NCBI GenBank assembly: GCA_010909165.1
Contig: MU008219.1
Coordinates: 172,177-236,176 of the forward strand
Origin: Anthoceros angustus
Taxonomy: Eukaryota > Plantae > Anthocerotophyta
Direction: 5' to 3'
DNA length: 64,000 nucleotides
Shown: one piece after another, positions 27,000-39,579 of the stretch
How positions within the stretch are numbered: the stretch's first letter is position 1
Layout: each line of letters begins with the position of its first letter
Translations under genes and position numbers: made by a program
The notes under the pieces: model-generated
What the model was told of the DNA's origin: nothing
The model's input: only the letters and a program-made list of their open reading frames with translations
The model's database searches: none

Positions 27000-29900
27000 T
27001 CTTCCGAGTCAATCATGTCTTGCATGACATTCGTGTCACCGGCGGAAGTCTCGCGGTTCATCACCGGCTCGACGCAACTCAAAGACTTTGGTCTTTTATC
27101 GCTTCATTGTCGTCCTCTGCGTCTTGTTCCTTGTCGGTGAAATCATAGGCCAGCACATTTGTCTCGGGAAGTTGAGGCTTTGCAAATGCTTCTCCGACGC
27201 CCTCTGCCTCCATTCTTTGATCGCGCACTTTTTCCCTCGACGGTGGGCGCTCAGTATCACAAACTCCTCCATGTACCTTCCCTCGAATGCATCATTGTTC
27301 TCTGTCCGCCACCAATGAACTATCATGAAAGGGACCACATCATGGTCCACCTCCACCACTTTTGCGAGCCGAATGGTCTCGCCTGGATCATCCCGGCAGC
27401 GGCAACCATCATTCCCTCCTCAATCTCCTTCACACAACCTCGACTGAGCCTCGCCTTGCCCTCCCTCCGCACTTGATGTGCCCTGTACACCTCCACCATG
27501 TCCAAAAATCCGTCGGCCATTGCGGGATCAACCAAAGTTGAGTCTGGAGGGTCTGGTGGTACCTCGTTTTCTTCATCGCGAGTGTACCAAGACCATTCTC
27601 TCCAACGGAATGGAATGCCACCGCTAGTCTCTCGGCTATTGCTACTGTTCATCCCGACGTATCCCACCATGCTAGTTGCTCCACATTCATATGTCGCCCG
27701 GTGCGTTCTAGGCCCGCTTTTACTTCATGGACTCCGCCACTACACTACCACTACCGCCATCAGGGGCATCGGGGCATCCTTCCGTTTTGCTTGTCCCTTT
27801 CCTTTACCTTGGGCATGTGATGGGACCAACGGCAACAATGGAGCGCCACAATCACCCGTGGTGGCACCCGAACGTAATAGCCGCACACCACCCTCCGGTG
27901 ACCGGATCGAACTTGAAAACTCCTTGCATCTTAGCATCCGTCCTCTCGATAGACTTCTCCTTGTTATTTTGAACTGGTGTTGAAAATCGTGATTATGCAA
28001 GTCATACGTTGCGACGATCCCCTTCGGCCATAGATAGGTCTTGAAGTCCGCACCTCCTTGATGTGAATCTGCGGTGATGGGGTGTCGCCCGCTCCAAAGA
28101 ACCCTATCATTTGAGCTGTGAAAGCATCCTTCAACCCTAGCACAACCGAGAACCTCGAAAACATTTGGTCAATCGATCGTGGGTATGGCCAACAAGAAGA
28201 AACCCCACCTTGATTTTTTGAAGATACCTTTCGCCACAAGCATGGACGGATATGCCAATACCTCCGATTCTTGTTTTGAGCATGTTGTCCATCGCAAGTA
28301 TAGAATAGGGGAGCGGCCCTCCGTATTGATAACATCTGAATCACTCTGATTCCATTCGGATCATTTCTCACATTCGGAAACTCAAATACACTGTGCGCAC
28401 CAAGTAGTTGAACACCAGCACACCTAGAACGTGAAGCCCGACAAGGGCTCCGGAATCAACCGTCTTTGGCAATCTGCGGTAATGGGGCAACTCTGTTTTT
28501 GGTCCATACCATCTATGGCAATACCAATGAACTTAGCCCGCACTTGTGCGGTGCGCGCCATTTTCGCGCTCATACATTGTTGTTCTCTGTGGACTCAGCT
28601 CCACATTCTTGTCTGCACGCAACAATAAGGCGTCGACAATGTGCACAGTTTGTTTCAAGCCACGCCTTCATTCGCAAGAAAAAGGGTGTGAGGCCATGGG
28701 GTTGCGCCAAAGTTCGGACATCCGGTGACCGCTGGAATAAGGACCGCCATCTCACCTTGTCGTGATCCGACCGCCTTTTATTTTCCTCTTTAGGTCATCG
28801 CGATGCCGCAAGGCTGCCGTATTTTTAACGGAAATACTTCATCCAAAGCTTGCAAAAGTAGCTATAACAAACGTGGGAGCACACTGATCTGTTCTGCTGC
28901 CTGGCATACTCAATGAAGATCTCCTCTTTCGTGTACGAGTCTGGCAAGTTGAAGACTTCCCGATTCGGCAGTCTTTCCGCACAGCCTTTGAAGAAAACGT
29001 CCATCCACATGATAGCGTGTAATCCATATGGCGTTGGCTGCTTTGCGACCGTAGCCTACGGTCCATCTAACATTTTTCACTACCGGTTTGCGCATTCTTG
29101 TATCTTAGTGACCCAATGCAGAAAACCCGACAGAAAGCCCTCACACACACCTGTTTCTTCCCATGTGGAATCCGGTTTATCCATACTATGGGCAACAGCT
29201 CCTCTTCGTCTTGATCGGATCCGGATGGTCTTGCAAATGCTTCCCCGCTCTCCTTTTGTCATGCGGAAGAATGCTACACGAATCACCTTCAATTTGGAAT
29301 GGCCAACACGCTCTAAACATTTTTTGTCACAACAATGCCGCTTTAAATCGGCGCACAACTTGGCCCTGGAACAATGCTTCTCTAAGACCAAATCCATTCT
29401 AGCTCTGGCCGGAGGTACTTTACGCTTGGCAACGTCAGTGCAGCTCGTTGCACGCAAATCCTCGCCTTTTGGCTTCGGATGTGCGCGAGGCATCATCTCA
29501 AGCAACTCCAACTGGATGGCATCACAATCACCAAACAAAGATCCGGGACCACGGACCACATTAGCTCTTGGACGACTCCCAGTCCCTGCAACTCCGCCAT
29601 CACCCGCGTGCGATATTGTTTCCAAGCCAAGCCCAAAATCAACAATGCTGTGGATCTTCTCACCAAAGTCCGGAGACTCTGCAACACTCTCCACATCAGA
29701 GTCTTGCCCAGTGCTCCTGCCTGGTGTAGCACATTCTCGATAGTATTCCTGGGACCCGCCCACAGCATCCGCTGGAGGGCCGACCTTGTCGCCGGCAGGG
29801 CGTCCGGGTGTTATCCGCGGTTTCTGCCCAAATGCGCCAGCGAGGTACATCTTCGCGATGCGCTTCGCCACTGGTGACCTGAAGAAGTCCGGATGGATGG

Positions 29901-30174
29901 TGCAGTGCGCCTCGTGGTGGCACGGTCCGTCGCGGCGTCTGCGTCGAGCACCGGACATCCGGTTAAACGTCTGCACGAGTTCCTCTTGTGCGATCCTCTC
30001 CGCCTCTGCATCGTACCCGGGATCGTACAGAAAAAGGTCGCCATCGCTGGCAACCATATCCTCCGTTCCCCCCTCCATATCTGGAACACGCACATCGTCA
30101 TCGCTCTCCACCGTTGTGAAGTCTGCTTTCACCAGTGTCTCTTCAAGGACTATGCCTGTCGACGCGGCCGCCAT
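27000..30174 (-). mobile_element. Sola-type DDD DNA transposase (frameshifted), with Cys clusters and a Tudor-like C-terminal domain
   Basis: 364-aa N-terminal ORF ending with CCDKKC; FFKGCAERLPN...LPDSYTKEEIF..Y; catalytic-type motifs IAIDGMDQK (~28513), LYL.xDN..QNKN (~28289) and GFLLVGHTH..IDQMFSRFS (~28170); C-terminal IRLAKVVEVD...IVHWW....AFEGRY. The superfamily call is from recalled motif patterns; termini were not found. Confidence 0.7.
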
Positions 30175-31076
30175 AGCCTGTGAATCATCCTCTAAAACTA
30201 CGACGCGGGGTTGTGCATCATCGTGAGATCAACAATTGAGTCGTCGGACTCATGGCCACCGTTCGGAATGACATGCATCGACCCCGCCCCGAAATTTGCA
30301 AAATCGAACACGCCGTCGGCTTGTGGCCATTGCTCTCACGGAGGCGCGTGGCGTCAGAGGAGGAGGAGGGATGCGCAAGGTGGATGAGAAGTGGATGCGC
30401 AAGACTCGATACAATTCGCGGGCTTGTGCGAAATAAGCCTTCGCACTAAATGCGGCAATGAAGTCGATGTGCCCACTTTGCGGTGGTAGGAAGCGGTGTG
30501 TCATTGCTAGTCGGTGGATCTTGAATCACTCTAGGTGCCCATCGTTATGCCACCGAACACTATTTTAGCGTGGCATAACTAGCATATACCTTAGAATATG
30601 CTCAAATTTGCATTTGCCACATTAGCCGACAATGGCAAAACACGGCCGGCGACAAAGCATTTAAGGAGTTGCTTGATTACGAGCACGCTTGCCTGTGTCT
30701 TCCTTCATGACGGCGACCCCACCTTCCCCTTTCGGATGGTATAGATTCATTCTCGCTTTGGCGGGAAGATGTGTATTTCCATCTAGCTTATGTGTGGGCG
30801 GAAAAGCAAGAGATTGCCGCCGGAGAAAAGCAGGTCGTTCTCACACCGCACTTTGTCCATCGGTGCGGCGGTAGCGATGTCGGACACCGCCGACCTCCTC
30901 ATCGGCTGCATTACATTGCTCTCGAGGGTGCGGCAGTGGGCTAGTCGTCTGTGAGCATCAACTCAACTCCCGCTTGCACCGCATCGCCGTGTTCGAGAAG
31001 TTGCGGCTCATGCAGTGTATCGACTTTTAACAATCTAAACACTTCGTGATCTCACTTCTTTCATAGTTGCATGAAT

Positions 31077-32270
31077 GGCTCCTCAAGGGCTCAAGCGGAA
31101 GAATGACTCCAACAAATCGCAGGGCGCTCGGTGGAGAAAAAAGGCGCGGAAGGAGCAGACTCACGGGCCTTGAGCAGGCGACGAGCCTGCACCGGACTCC
31201 AAGGACAACTCAAAGCTGCGCCACGATGCGGGTCTTCCACAAGAGCATCCCGCCGACCAAGGCATCTTTCCGAGTCCTTACAAGCGGTCCGATATTGACT
31301 TGATCCACGGATGTACAAGATGATCTCGCCATTTGACATTACAAAGAGAAGTTGGGCGATTACAACGACCCAATCAAGACTTGCTCTTCTTGTATGTGTC
31401 GATGGAGGATGATGCGAACCACACCAGCCAAAAGAAATGTGCGGGGCGATTGTTTTCACGCATCACGAAGGATGAGCGGTGTACGTCATATTCGATCGGC
31501 TCAAGCACAAGGAGCCTCTTCGTCGGACCCGCAATGGATTAGAGTATACAGTCTTTGCGGTGAAGAACTTTGACATTGTGGCGTGCCAACCAGGCGGAAA
31601 AGGCAAGAGCTTTTGGAGGCATTGCGACACGGTGATGGACATCGTGTCTTCCACAAGGCTTTGCACCAGCAATGTTTAGAAGGTGTGCGGGATGATGCAT
31701 TGCTTACATCGAAAGGGCATCTTGCAGAAGGCCCCTAGCATGGCATCTGCGCCGAGTGGAAATCAAATGGCAACTCCTAGTGCGGAATGGGATCGAGCAA
31801 ATCCATCACTGCAGGCGGTCGTTAACCACCGATATGCATGATCTGCGCCATGAAACGCAACAAAAGGTGGTGGCACAAAATATAATTCCGCGGGACACGT
31901 TTCAGCAACTAGTTTGCGAAATGAAAGCCTGCTGGTAAGAGGGGTTGCAGGCCACGGGACGTCCGGTGCTTCGAGTCCAAGCAACAGGTCCGCCCACACT
32001 CCGAGCCGCGGGTTTTTCCTAGCCCATGGCCGCTGCGATGATGTCACCCTAACCTCTCTAGCCGACGAAGACGAAGATGAGGATGCGGGTGGGGACCAGG
32101 ACAATGAGGGGTTTGGCGATGGCATTCTGGCTGATGGCCCAGAGGCCGGTGGATCATATCCAGGCCCCGACGAAGACGTGGAAGAGGACGATGGGGCGGT
32201 GGATGCAACGGACCGGGATTTGGTCATCCGCCCCGCAGAAGGGTTCAAGCCGTCGATCGATTGCGGGTAG
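31077..32270 (+). pseudogene. Degenerate unknown ORF between the transposase and the ParB-MTase gene (basic N-terminus, globular core, acidic tail)
   Basis: MAPQGLKRKND...KKARK, then frameshifted DLLFLYVSMEDD...CGAIVF...VYVIFDRLKHKEPLRRTRNGLEYTVFAVKNFDIV, ending in a D/E-rich stretch (31914-32270). Confidence 0.4.
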
Positions 32271-32521
32271 ACAATCGAGGAAAAAGAGGGAAGGGATTGA
32301 GAGTCGGCAATCGGTGGAGGCGGGTGGGAGGGTCAACAAGCGCGGCGGCAACGAATGGCACATGATGTCCGAGAGGGGCAAGAGCTCCCAAAGTTCATAG
32401 AGAAGGCCAAGGACGTCTGTAGCCACGGACGGCAGGCTAGCGGAGGGGGAGAGATGTTGCGAGGGAGGCAATTGCGGGAAAGAGAGTATGGGAGTCCACG
32501 TTAAAGCTGTCCATCAACAGT

Positions 32522-34430
32522 TGTAGACCTCCAGAAGAACTTTGTCAGTTTGGCAAGGTCGTAAGCTAGACTGGCTTGGGTGGAGGCTTTGATGCAAAAG
32601 ATGAAGCATTCCACGTGGGTGGTGGTGTCTGCCCATGATTGTCATTGTAGACCCGGCCCGGTCCCAACAAGAACTTCTTTGACATGGATAAGGTGGATCG
32701 GGGTGTACAAATTTTATGTATTGGAGGAATCATTCCTTCCAGCGATCTAGACTAGCCGACTTGTATCCATTGGTTCAAGAGTATGCAGTGGATGGATGCA
32801 TATGTTCTTGCTGGCCTCACAAATGAGGAGATGAGGTTAGTTGCCACTAATCACAACACCATTGCGGATGCCAGGAAGACTTTTACTTTCATCGACCGTG
32901 TGAGGTACATCGAATCGAGATGAAGGCCGCTAGTGATGGGAAGTGTGACTTAGACGAAGTTGGAGATATATGCCCGGGGGGTTCCTAAGTGGGATGCGAC
33001 CAAGCATGGACCTAAGGTCACTATCACCGCCTCGTGGATAACCGGACCTTTGGATTATTGTGTTGCGAAGGTTGATGATGAGGTGTGGAAATGCGTGGAT
33101 GAAATCTTTGAGAAGTGGAGGCAAGCAGTTGCACAGGCGGTGGAAGCTCGGGCTCTCACAAGCGTCGAGGCCCGAATTCAAGGAAGACAACGGCGGTTAG
33201 AGCAAACTTGGTCATTGACACAAAGGAGCTTAGTATACCGGTGAGGGTATGGAAGTGTTTCAGGCATCGAGCGATGCAGTGGGAACAACAACTTGAAGAC
33301 AACATGCATGAAAGTCCCTGGAGAATTGACATTGAAACAAATGTTCGTGTGGGTGGACAAGGCCAAAAACTCAACCTCATCCATGTGACATCGCCAAGCA
33401 TTTGCACGTGAGACATTTGAAGAGGTTCGAACGATATCCCGATTCGCATGGTGAATCAAATTAGTAACTTCCACCGCCTTCAAAAATCGGTCGTCCTCGA
33501 TGAACACTTAGCTATACCCAAATCGAGTTTCTCTCTTGTCGCTTCTTGTCCTTATAAGTCATGGAAAGTGGAGGCATTCACACCGTACATTCGAGCGGTA
33601 GAACGCTTGCATTTTGTTGGTGGGGATGTGTCTTTCATGTCTGCGTGCCAACACTTGCCTTGAGTGGGGTGCCCTACGAGAACTTCAAGGAGCACATATT
33701 CAAGGCCGAGCTTGGAAGCGATGGAGGAGTCGCAACGTGCCTTGAAATCGACCACACGAGGATAAGCCGATGACAATCGTGAGCGACTCCAAGCCGAAAA
33801 ACCCGGCAAGGTCGGGATCGTGTGTGGGAACATAGTGAACATGGCCCGGTTTGTAGAGCCCGACCGTATGCTTTGTTGTTGTTAGACCTCCCGAGGCTTG
33901 GATCTAGATCCCCAATCACGAGTATGACACAAGATTTACCAAGGCGAGTTTGAAGGGTCATCATGCGGTTCAAAGGCATCACCACATCCCGGTATTTCGT
34001 ATTGTGGTCTTCCATTCTCCGGATGACACATCTATGGTTAGAGAAGTCGATGGAAGCGTGCGGTCTTTGTGGCGACATGTTCGGCATAAAACCAATGTGA
34101 CATTGTCGAGGACACATGCGATGAGGACTTTTCACTTGCGCGCAGGAGCTTGGATAAGGATTGTGTGCCTCAACCGTTTGTGCTCGAGAACCGCAACTTG
34201 GCGGTGGAGTGACAACTGTTTGTTTGCGAGCGCGGTGGAACTAAAATTGTGTTACAACACTGCGGATGATCGGGTTGTTTCCCCTATCGAAGCCCCTAAG
34301 ACTCTTGAAGAGGTTGATTCAAGTCTGATGAGGAGATTGGGTCTTTGGGCGGGTGTGGATCGGGTCGGGTATGATAGCATGCTCGTTATGCCGTAATGTC
34401 ATTTACATTGATGTGGATCCCAGTGCGCTC
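32522..34430 (+). pseudogene. ParB-like / beta-class N4-N6 DNA methyltransferase fusion gene, copy A (multiple frameshifts)
   Basis: Frame-stitched: RPPEE...LD.AWVEALMQK...IVIVDP...YKFYVL(GG)NHS; QWMDAYVLAGLTNEEMRLVATNHNTIADARKTFTFIDRVRY (32786-32911); YCVAKVDDEVWKCVDEIFEKW; YALLLLDLPR (motif IV position, 33867-33896); KPLRLLKRLI..GDWVF..GCGSG...RNVIYIDVD (34290-34420). Confidence 0.8.
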
Positions 34431-35591
34431 AATTCATGGACCTTGAATCAATTCCATGGACATGGCCGGAAGAGGAGGAGGTGGGCGAGGAGCGCTATGG
34501 AGGCGGAAAGACGTTCAATAAGGAGCCCATGGTGAACAACATGGTGGTGCTCGGGGTTCATATGTGTCGTTGAAGCGAGACCAACGAGGAAGCCGAGACC
34601 AAGGGTCATATGGCAAGTGGTGAAGCAGCGACAACTCAATGGTCCTTGGGGATGCGGGCGGCAAGTGAAGGAGGCGAAGAGCACCCTCCTCCGGGTGTGT
34701 GACCGGATGGTGGGGATGTAGGATTGGAAAACTTTGCTTCACGGATCGAGGTGTGTCGTGCGGACGATGGATAGGCTACGTGTTTGTTTCGAGGATTACG
34801 GTAGGAGGACCGGTGTGGGTCTTAAGCACCGGACGGTGGTATCGCGTGGTAGAACGTGCATGCAAGCGGGCTATGAACACAACAAACACATCGGCAAGGT
34901 CCTGGGCGGACCTAGACAACGAACACGGTCTGGTGGAGCACGCAAGCTAGGAAGCATGGGAGTGGTGGCGATTCGAGAATGTGTTCGGTGATTGCCGGGT
35001 GTTTGATGAGCGAGCTCATGGGCGTCTGTTGCTGCACAATCAGGCAAGGTATGGATTTCACAGAAACAACGGACCGATTTCAAAGAAGCGCATGCGGCGT
35101 CCATTCGTACAGACAGAGCAGATCAATACAATCGCCAAACTGTTCCTAATCTCCCTGCTAGGGAAGACTGTGTATGTTGTAAACCCACGAGATAAAACAG
35201 CCGGTGTACGAAGATGACAATGGATGTCATGTGACAATCCAACTTCGAAACACAGCGATGTTCAACTGCTTTCACAGATAGCTGCACTAACACCGCCTCG
35301 GTACACACATGTAGCAGTATGACTTTCTCCAATTTTATCCTTGACCACCAGTAAGTACACCTGGACATGTCAGGTGCTCCTTTGCCCTCCACACCATTCA
35401 CACTGCTCCAACCCCAGTAGTGGAATCCAGGTGTTGATCAACACGTTGCAACAGTGTCACGAGTTTGCACTGCCAGCTCCCGCCTCAACCAGAAATTCCT
35501 TAAGGACCAAGCAATGAAGCAGGCCGGGATCACTCCAGGCGTGCTTGAAAGGAACCTGCCCATGTTGTGATTGCCACCGGTGCGTCAACTT

Positions 35592-38197
35592 CCAATTTCC
35601 ATCGCCCATGTGGAATTCTCGTTTGATGGTCGGTGTGAGGTGAGGTCTCCATCGCATGCAAATATTCGAGGCGGTGGCAAGCCACTTCCAAACGATTCGC
35701 AGAAGTCGCGGCTCATGGTGTCTGATGCGGCGGGCGGTCAAATCTTCCTCCACTCCGCCGACATTGGGCGGGAGATGCAAGGTTTATGCAGGCGTCCGGT
35801 GCCACGACCCTCCCACTAATGTAGAGGGTGACCATGACGGTGGACACCGACTCAACACATATGGATTTTCCATTGCGCGTTTGCATTTTGTTGTCCATAC
35901 AAAGTTGCCACGATTTTCAAATCTGCGTTTATAGGTAATGTACCGCTGGTTAGCCAAACTAATATGAGATGAGGACATACAAATACGGGAAAACAGATCC
36001 CTCTATGATTTGCTCCTAGGTTCAGGGGTTTTTTTTTAATGAAATCGAAAACATGGTTTTGGGTGGCTTTGTATACATTTCGACCCGTGTACACCCTTCC
36101 AACTAGTGACCGTGAGCCGTCACCAGTCCTAAGGAGACCTTGTTCTACCCATTCACAGCTTGCCTGCACATGCACCTGATCACGCAACGACTAGCAACCA
36201 TAAGCTCATGAAACTGCAGTACCAAGCTCAAGAAGCTACCATAAGCACAAGAATCTACACCACCGAGTTCAAAGCCACACCAAGAAGGTCTAGTATTTTT
36301 CAGAGCCTGCAGACAGACATCTGGACAAAGAGACGATCATCACATCACACCCACCACTCATCGCTAGGATCGCCAAGGTCGCTGATGTCATTAGATGCAT
36401 CTGTCCTCAAGGTTGAAAGCACACCACAAACACAAAATAATCCGCTCGGATCAAGCTCCAACACACACACAAAAACATTGAGCTGTGGAGCGGCATATCC
36501 GGACCAGCCCGCAATCACACCACCGCTCACAGGATCAAGCTCAAGCATATCACCAAAAACCTTGGACAATCAACCTGAACGAGAAAAGGACCGGTGTGCC
36601 CGCCTCCTCTTCTCCATCCTCTGCTAAAAGAACACGATGATTTTGTCCTCCTCCACCAAGCCTATGACTTACGCCTCCTTGTCGTGAATAAGTTCTTCCT
36701 CACGCTCCTTGTGCATGTCCTCCTGCTCTTGCTCCCCTGGCGTCTCACCTCCTCATGGCGCCCTCGAATCAAGACACATGCTCAATCCCAGCCTTACCTT
36801 TCCCCACTCTGTGACCTTGTTACGGGCCTTGTGAATCGTGGGTCTCTTCCCGAACATCCACTTTCCATCGCCCATGTGGAATTCTCGTTTGATGGTCGGT
36901 TGTCGAGAGGTGGGTCTCCATCGCATGCAAATATTCGAGGCGGTGGCAAGCCACTTCCAAACGATTCGCGGGGCTCGCGGTGTCTGAGACATGAGCGGTA
37001 GGCGGTCAAATCTTCCTCCACTCCGCCGACATTGGGCGGGAGATGCAAGGTTTATGCAGGTAACGTCCGGTGCCACCACGACCCTCCCACTAATGTAGAG
37101 GGTGACCATGACGGTGGACACCGACTCAACACATATGGATTTTCCATTGCGCGTTTGTATTTTTGTTGTCCATACAAAGTTGCCCTGATTTTCAAATACT
37201 GCGTTTATAGGTAATGTACCCTGCTGGTTAGCCAAACTAATATGAGATGAGGACATACAAATACGGGAAAACAGATTCCTCTATGATTTGCTCCTAGGTT
37301 TAGGGGGGTTTTTTTTTAATGAAATCAGGAAAACATGGTTTTGGGTGGCTTTTGTATACATTTCGACCCGGTGTACACCCTTCCAACTAGTGACCAGGAG
37401 CCGTCACCAGTCCTAAGGAGACCTTGTTCTACCCATTCACAGCTTGCCTGCACATGCACCTGATCACGCAACGACTAGCAACCATAAGCTCATGAAACTG
37501 CAGTACCAAGCTCAAGAAGCTACCATAAGCACAAGAATCTACACCACCGAGTTCAAAGCCACACCAAGAAGGTCTAGTATTTTTCGTGAGGAACTGTGAC
37601 GGACATACGGACAAAGAGACGATTCGTCACACATCACACCCACCACTCATCGCTAGGATCGCCAAGGTCGCTGATGTCATTAGATGCATCTGTCCTGTCA
37701 AGGTTGAAAGCACACCACAAACACAAAACAATCTGGCTGCCTGGATCAAGCTCCAACACACACACAGAAAAAACATTCAGAGCCTGTAGACAGCATATCC
37801 GGACCAGCCCGCAATCACACCCACTGCTCACAGGATCAAGCTCAAGCATATCACCAAAAAAACCTTCAGACAATCAACCAGCTGAAACGAGAAAAGGACC
37901 CAGCTGACTGTGCCCCCGCCTCCTCTTCTCCATCCTCTGCTAAAAGAACACGATGATTTTTGTCCTCCTCTACCAAGCCTATGACTTCTGCCTCCTTGTC
38001 AGGAATACGTTCTTCCTCACGCTCCTTGGCAGGCATGTCCTCCTCGCTCTTGCTCTCACCGGCCACCTGCCTCACCTCCTCATGGCATCCTCGAATCAAG
38101 ACACATGCTCAATCCCAAAGATCAAGTACCTTTCCCCACTCTGTGACCTTGTTACGGGCCTTGTGAATCGTGGGTCTCTTCCCGAACATCCACTTTC
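35592..38197. repeat. ~1.3 kb direct tandem duplication (units ~35592-36857 and ~36858-38197)
   Basis: Co-linear units with a CCA(C/A)TTTC junction microhomology and many small indels. A ~100 bp piece (37690-37800) also recurs at ~21260-21360. Confidence 0.88.
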
Positions 38198-38940
38198 TTC
38201 TCCTTCTCCCACAGACCCTTCTTCTTCTCCTCCTTCAAGGCTTTCCTCCCATCTGCTTGTTGAAGGCTAACAGTTCTGACCTTGTGCATTTTTTCTCCAC
38301 TAGGATGCCCAAGGCCATCAACCTCGGGATTTTTTGGCCACCACTACTAGCTCGCTTACTGTAAATATGGAAGATCAGGTCATCAATGTTCCGCCACTCC
38401 TTATCTGAAAACTTTTCAGATCCTTTCCACCCGTAAGCCTCGCTGGCCGTTCCTGTTACACCAAACAGAGGTCAAACACGTACTGGCCTCCCACCGCCTC
38501 CTTGACCCTGAAGCATCATCCGACGTTCACTCCTTCCTCTCGCAGGACAAAGTCTCCAGTGTGCCAACACCAAGTGGAGCGCTTCCACTTGGGTGCGTCC
38601 TCCAAGGCTTTCGTCACACGGGCTTGTCGAGTCACAGCATTCTTTAGAGCACGCTTCCGATTCCGTGTCATTCCTACAATCTCCTCATCAGACGCCACCA
38701 CGTCACTATAAATAGATGAAGGCATCCTAGCACCTTGTCCTTAATGTTGACCTAAATGGCCCGCAGCAGCAGTAGCGGCGGTAGATGAGCCTGTTGCTGA
38801 TTCAAGCTACAACATCTACAACGAAAAGCTTTATGAACATGTCAATAAAAGCACAAACCAGCATGCACCCTAAAGTAAGAAAAATCAGCATGCTTCAGCT
38901 CTTGTGAGCACCCCGCAGAGGGCAAGAGCAACAGAATGCT

Positions 38941-39345
38941 GAGGGCGTGAGCAAGAAGACAAGCAAGGGTAGGAGCACCAGACCAACACTAGCAGAGGGC
39001 GTGAGCAAGAAGACCAACACTAGCAGAGGGCGTGAGCAAGAAGACCAACACTAGCAGAGCAAGAAGACCAACACTAGCAGAGCGTGAGCAAGAAGACCAA
39101 CACTAGCAGAGCAAGAAGACCAAGAAGACCAACACTAGCAGAGCAAGAAGACCAACACTAGCAGAGCAAGAAGACCAACACTAGCAGAGCAAGAAGACAA
39201 GCAAGGGTAGGAGCAAGAAGACCAAGAAGACCAACACTAGCAGAGCAAGAAGACCAACACTAGCAGAGGGCGTGAGCAAGAAGACCAACACTAGCAGAGG
39301 GCGTGAGCAAGAAGACAAGCAAGGGTAGGAGCACCAAGACCACCA
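38941..39345. repeat. Minisatellite, 23/31-bp units GCAAGAAGACCAACACTAGCAGA(GGGCGTGA)
   Basis: More than ten head-to-tail units with variable inclusion of the 8-bp module. Confidence 0.92.
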
Positions 39346-39349
39346 GTTC

Positions 39350-39527
39350 CCCAAGCTTCCCACGCCTCGGCTCCCAAGCTCCCAAGCTCCCTTGAAGCTT
39401 CCCACGCCTCGACCAAGCTTCCCACGCTCTCGGCTCCCAAGCTTCCCACGCCTCGGCTCCCAAGCTTCCCACGCCTCGGCTCCCAAGCTTCCCACGCCTC
39501 GGCTCCCAAGCTTCCCACGCCTCGGCC
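39350..39527. repeat. Minisatellite, 23-bp unit CCCAAGCTTCCCACGCCTCGGCT
   Basis: About 7 tandem units, several of them perfect. Confidence 0.92.
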
Positions 39528-39579
39528 TGTGCCCCAACTGTCCTTCTCGCAAGGAATAAATTTTGGTAGGAGAAACATA

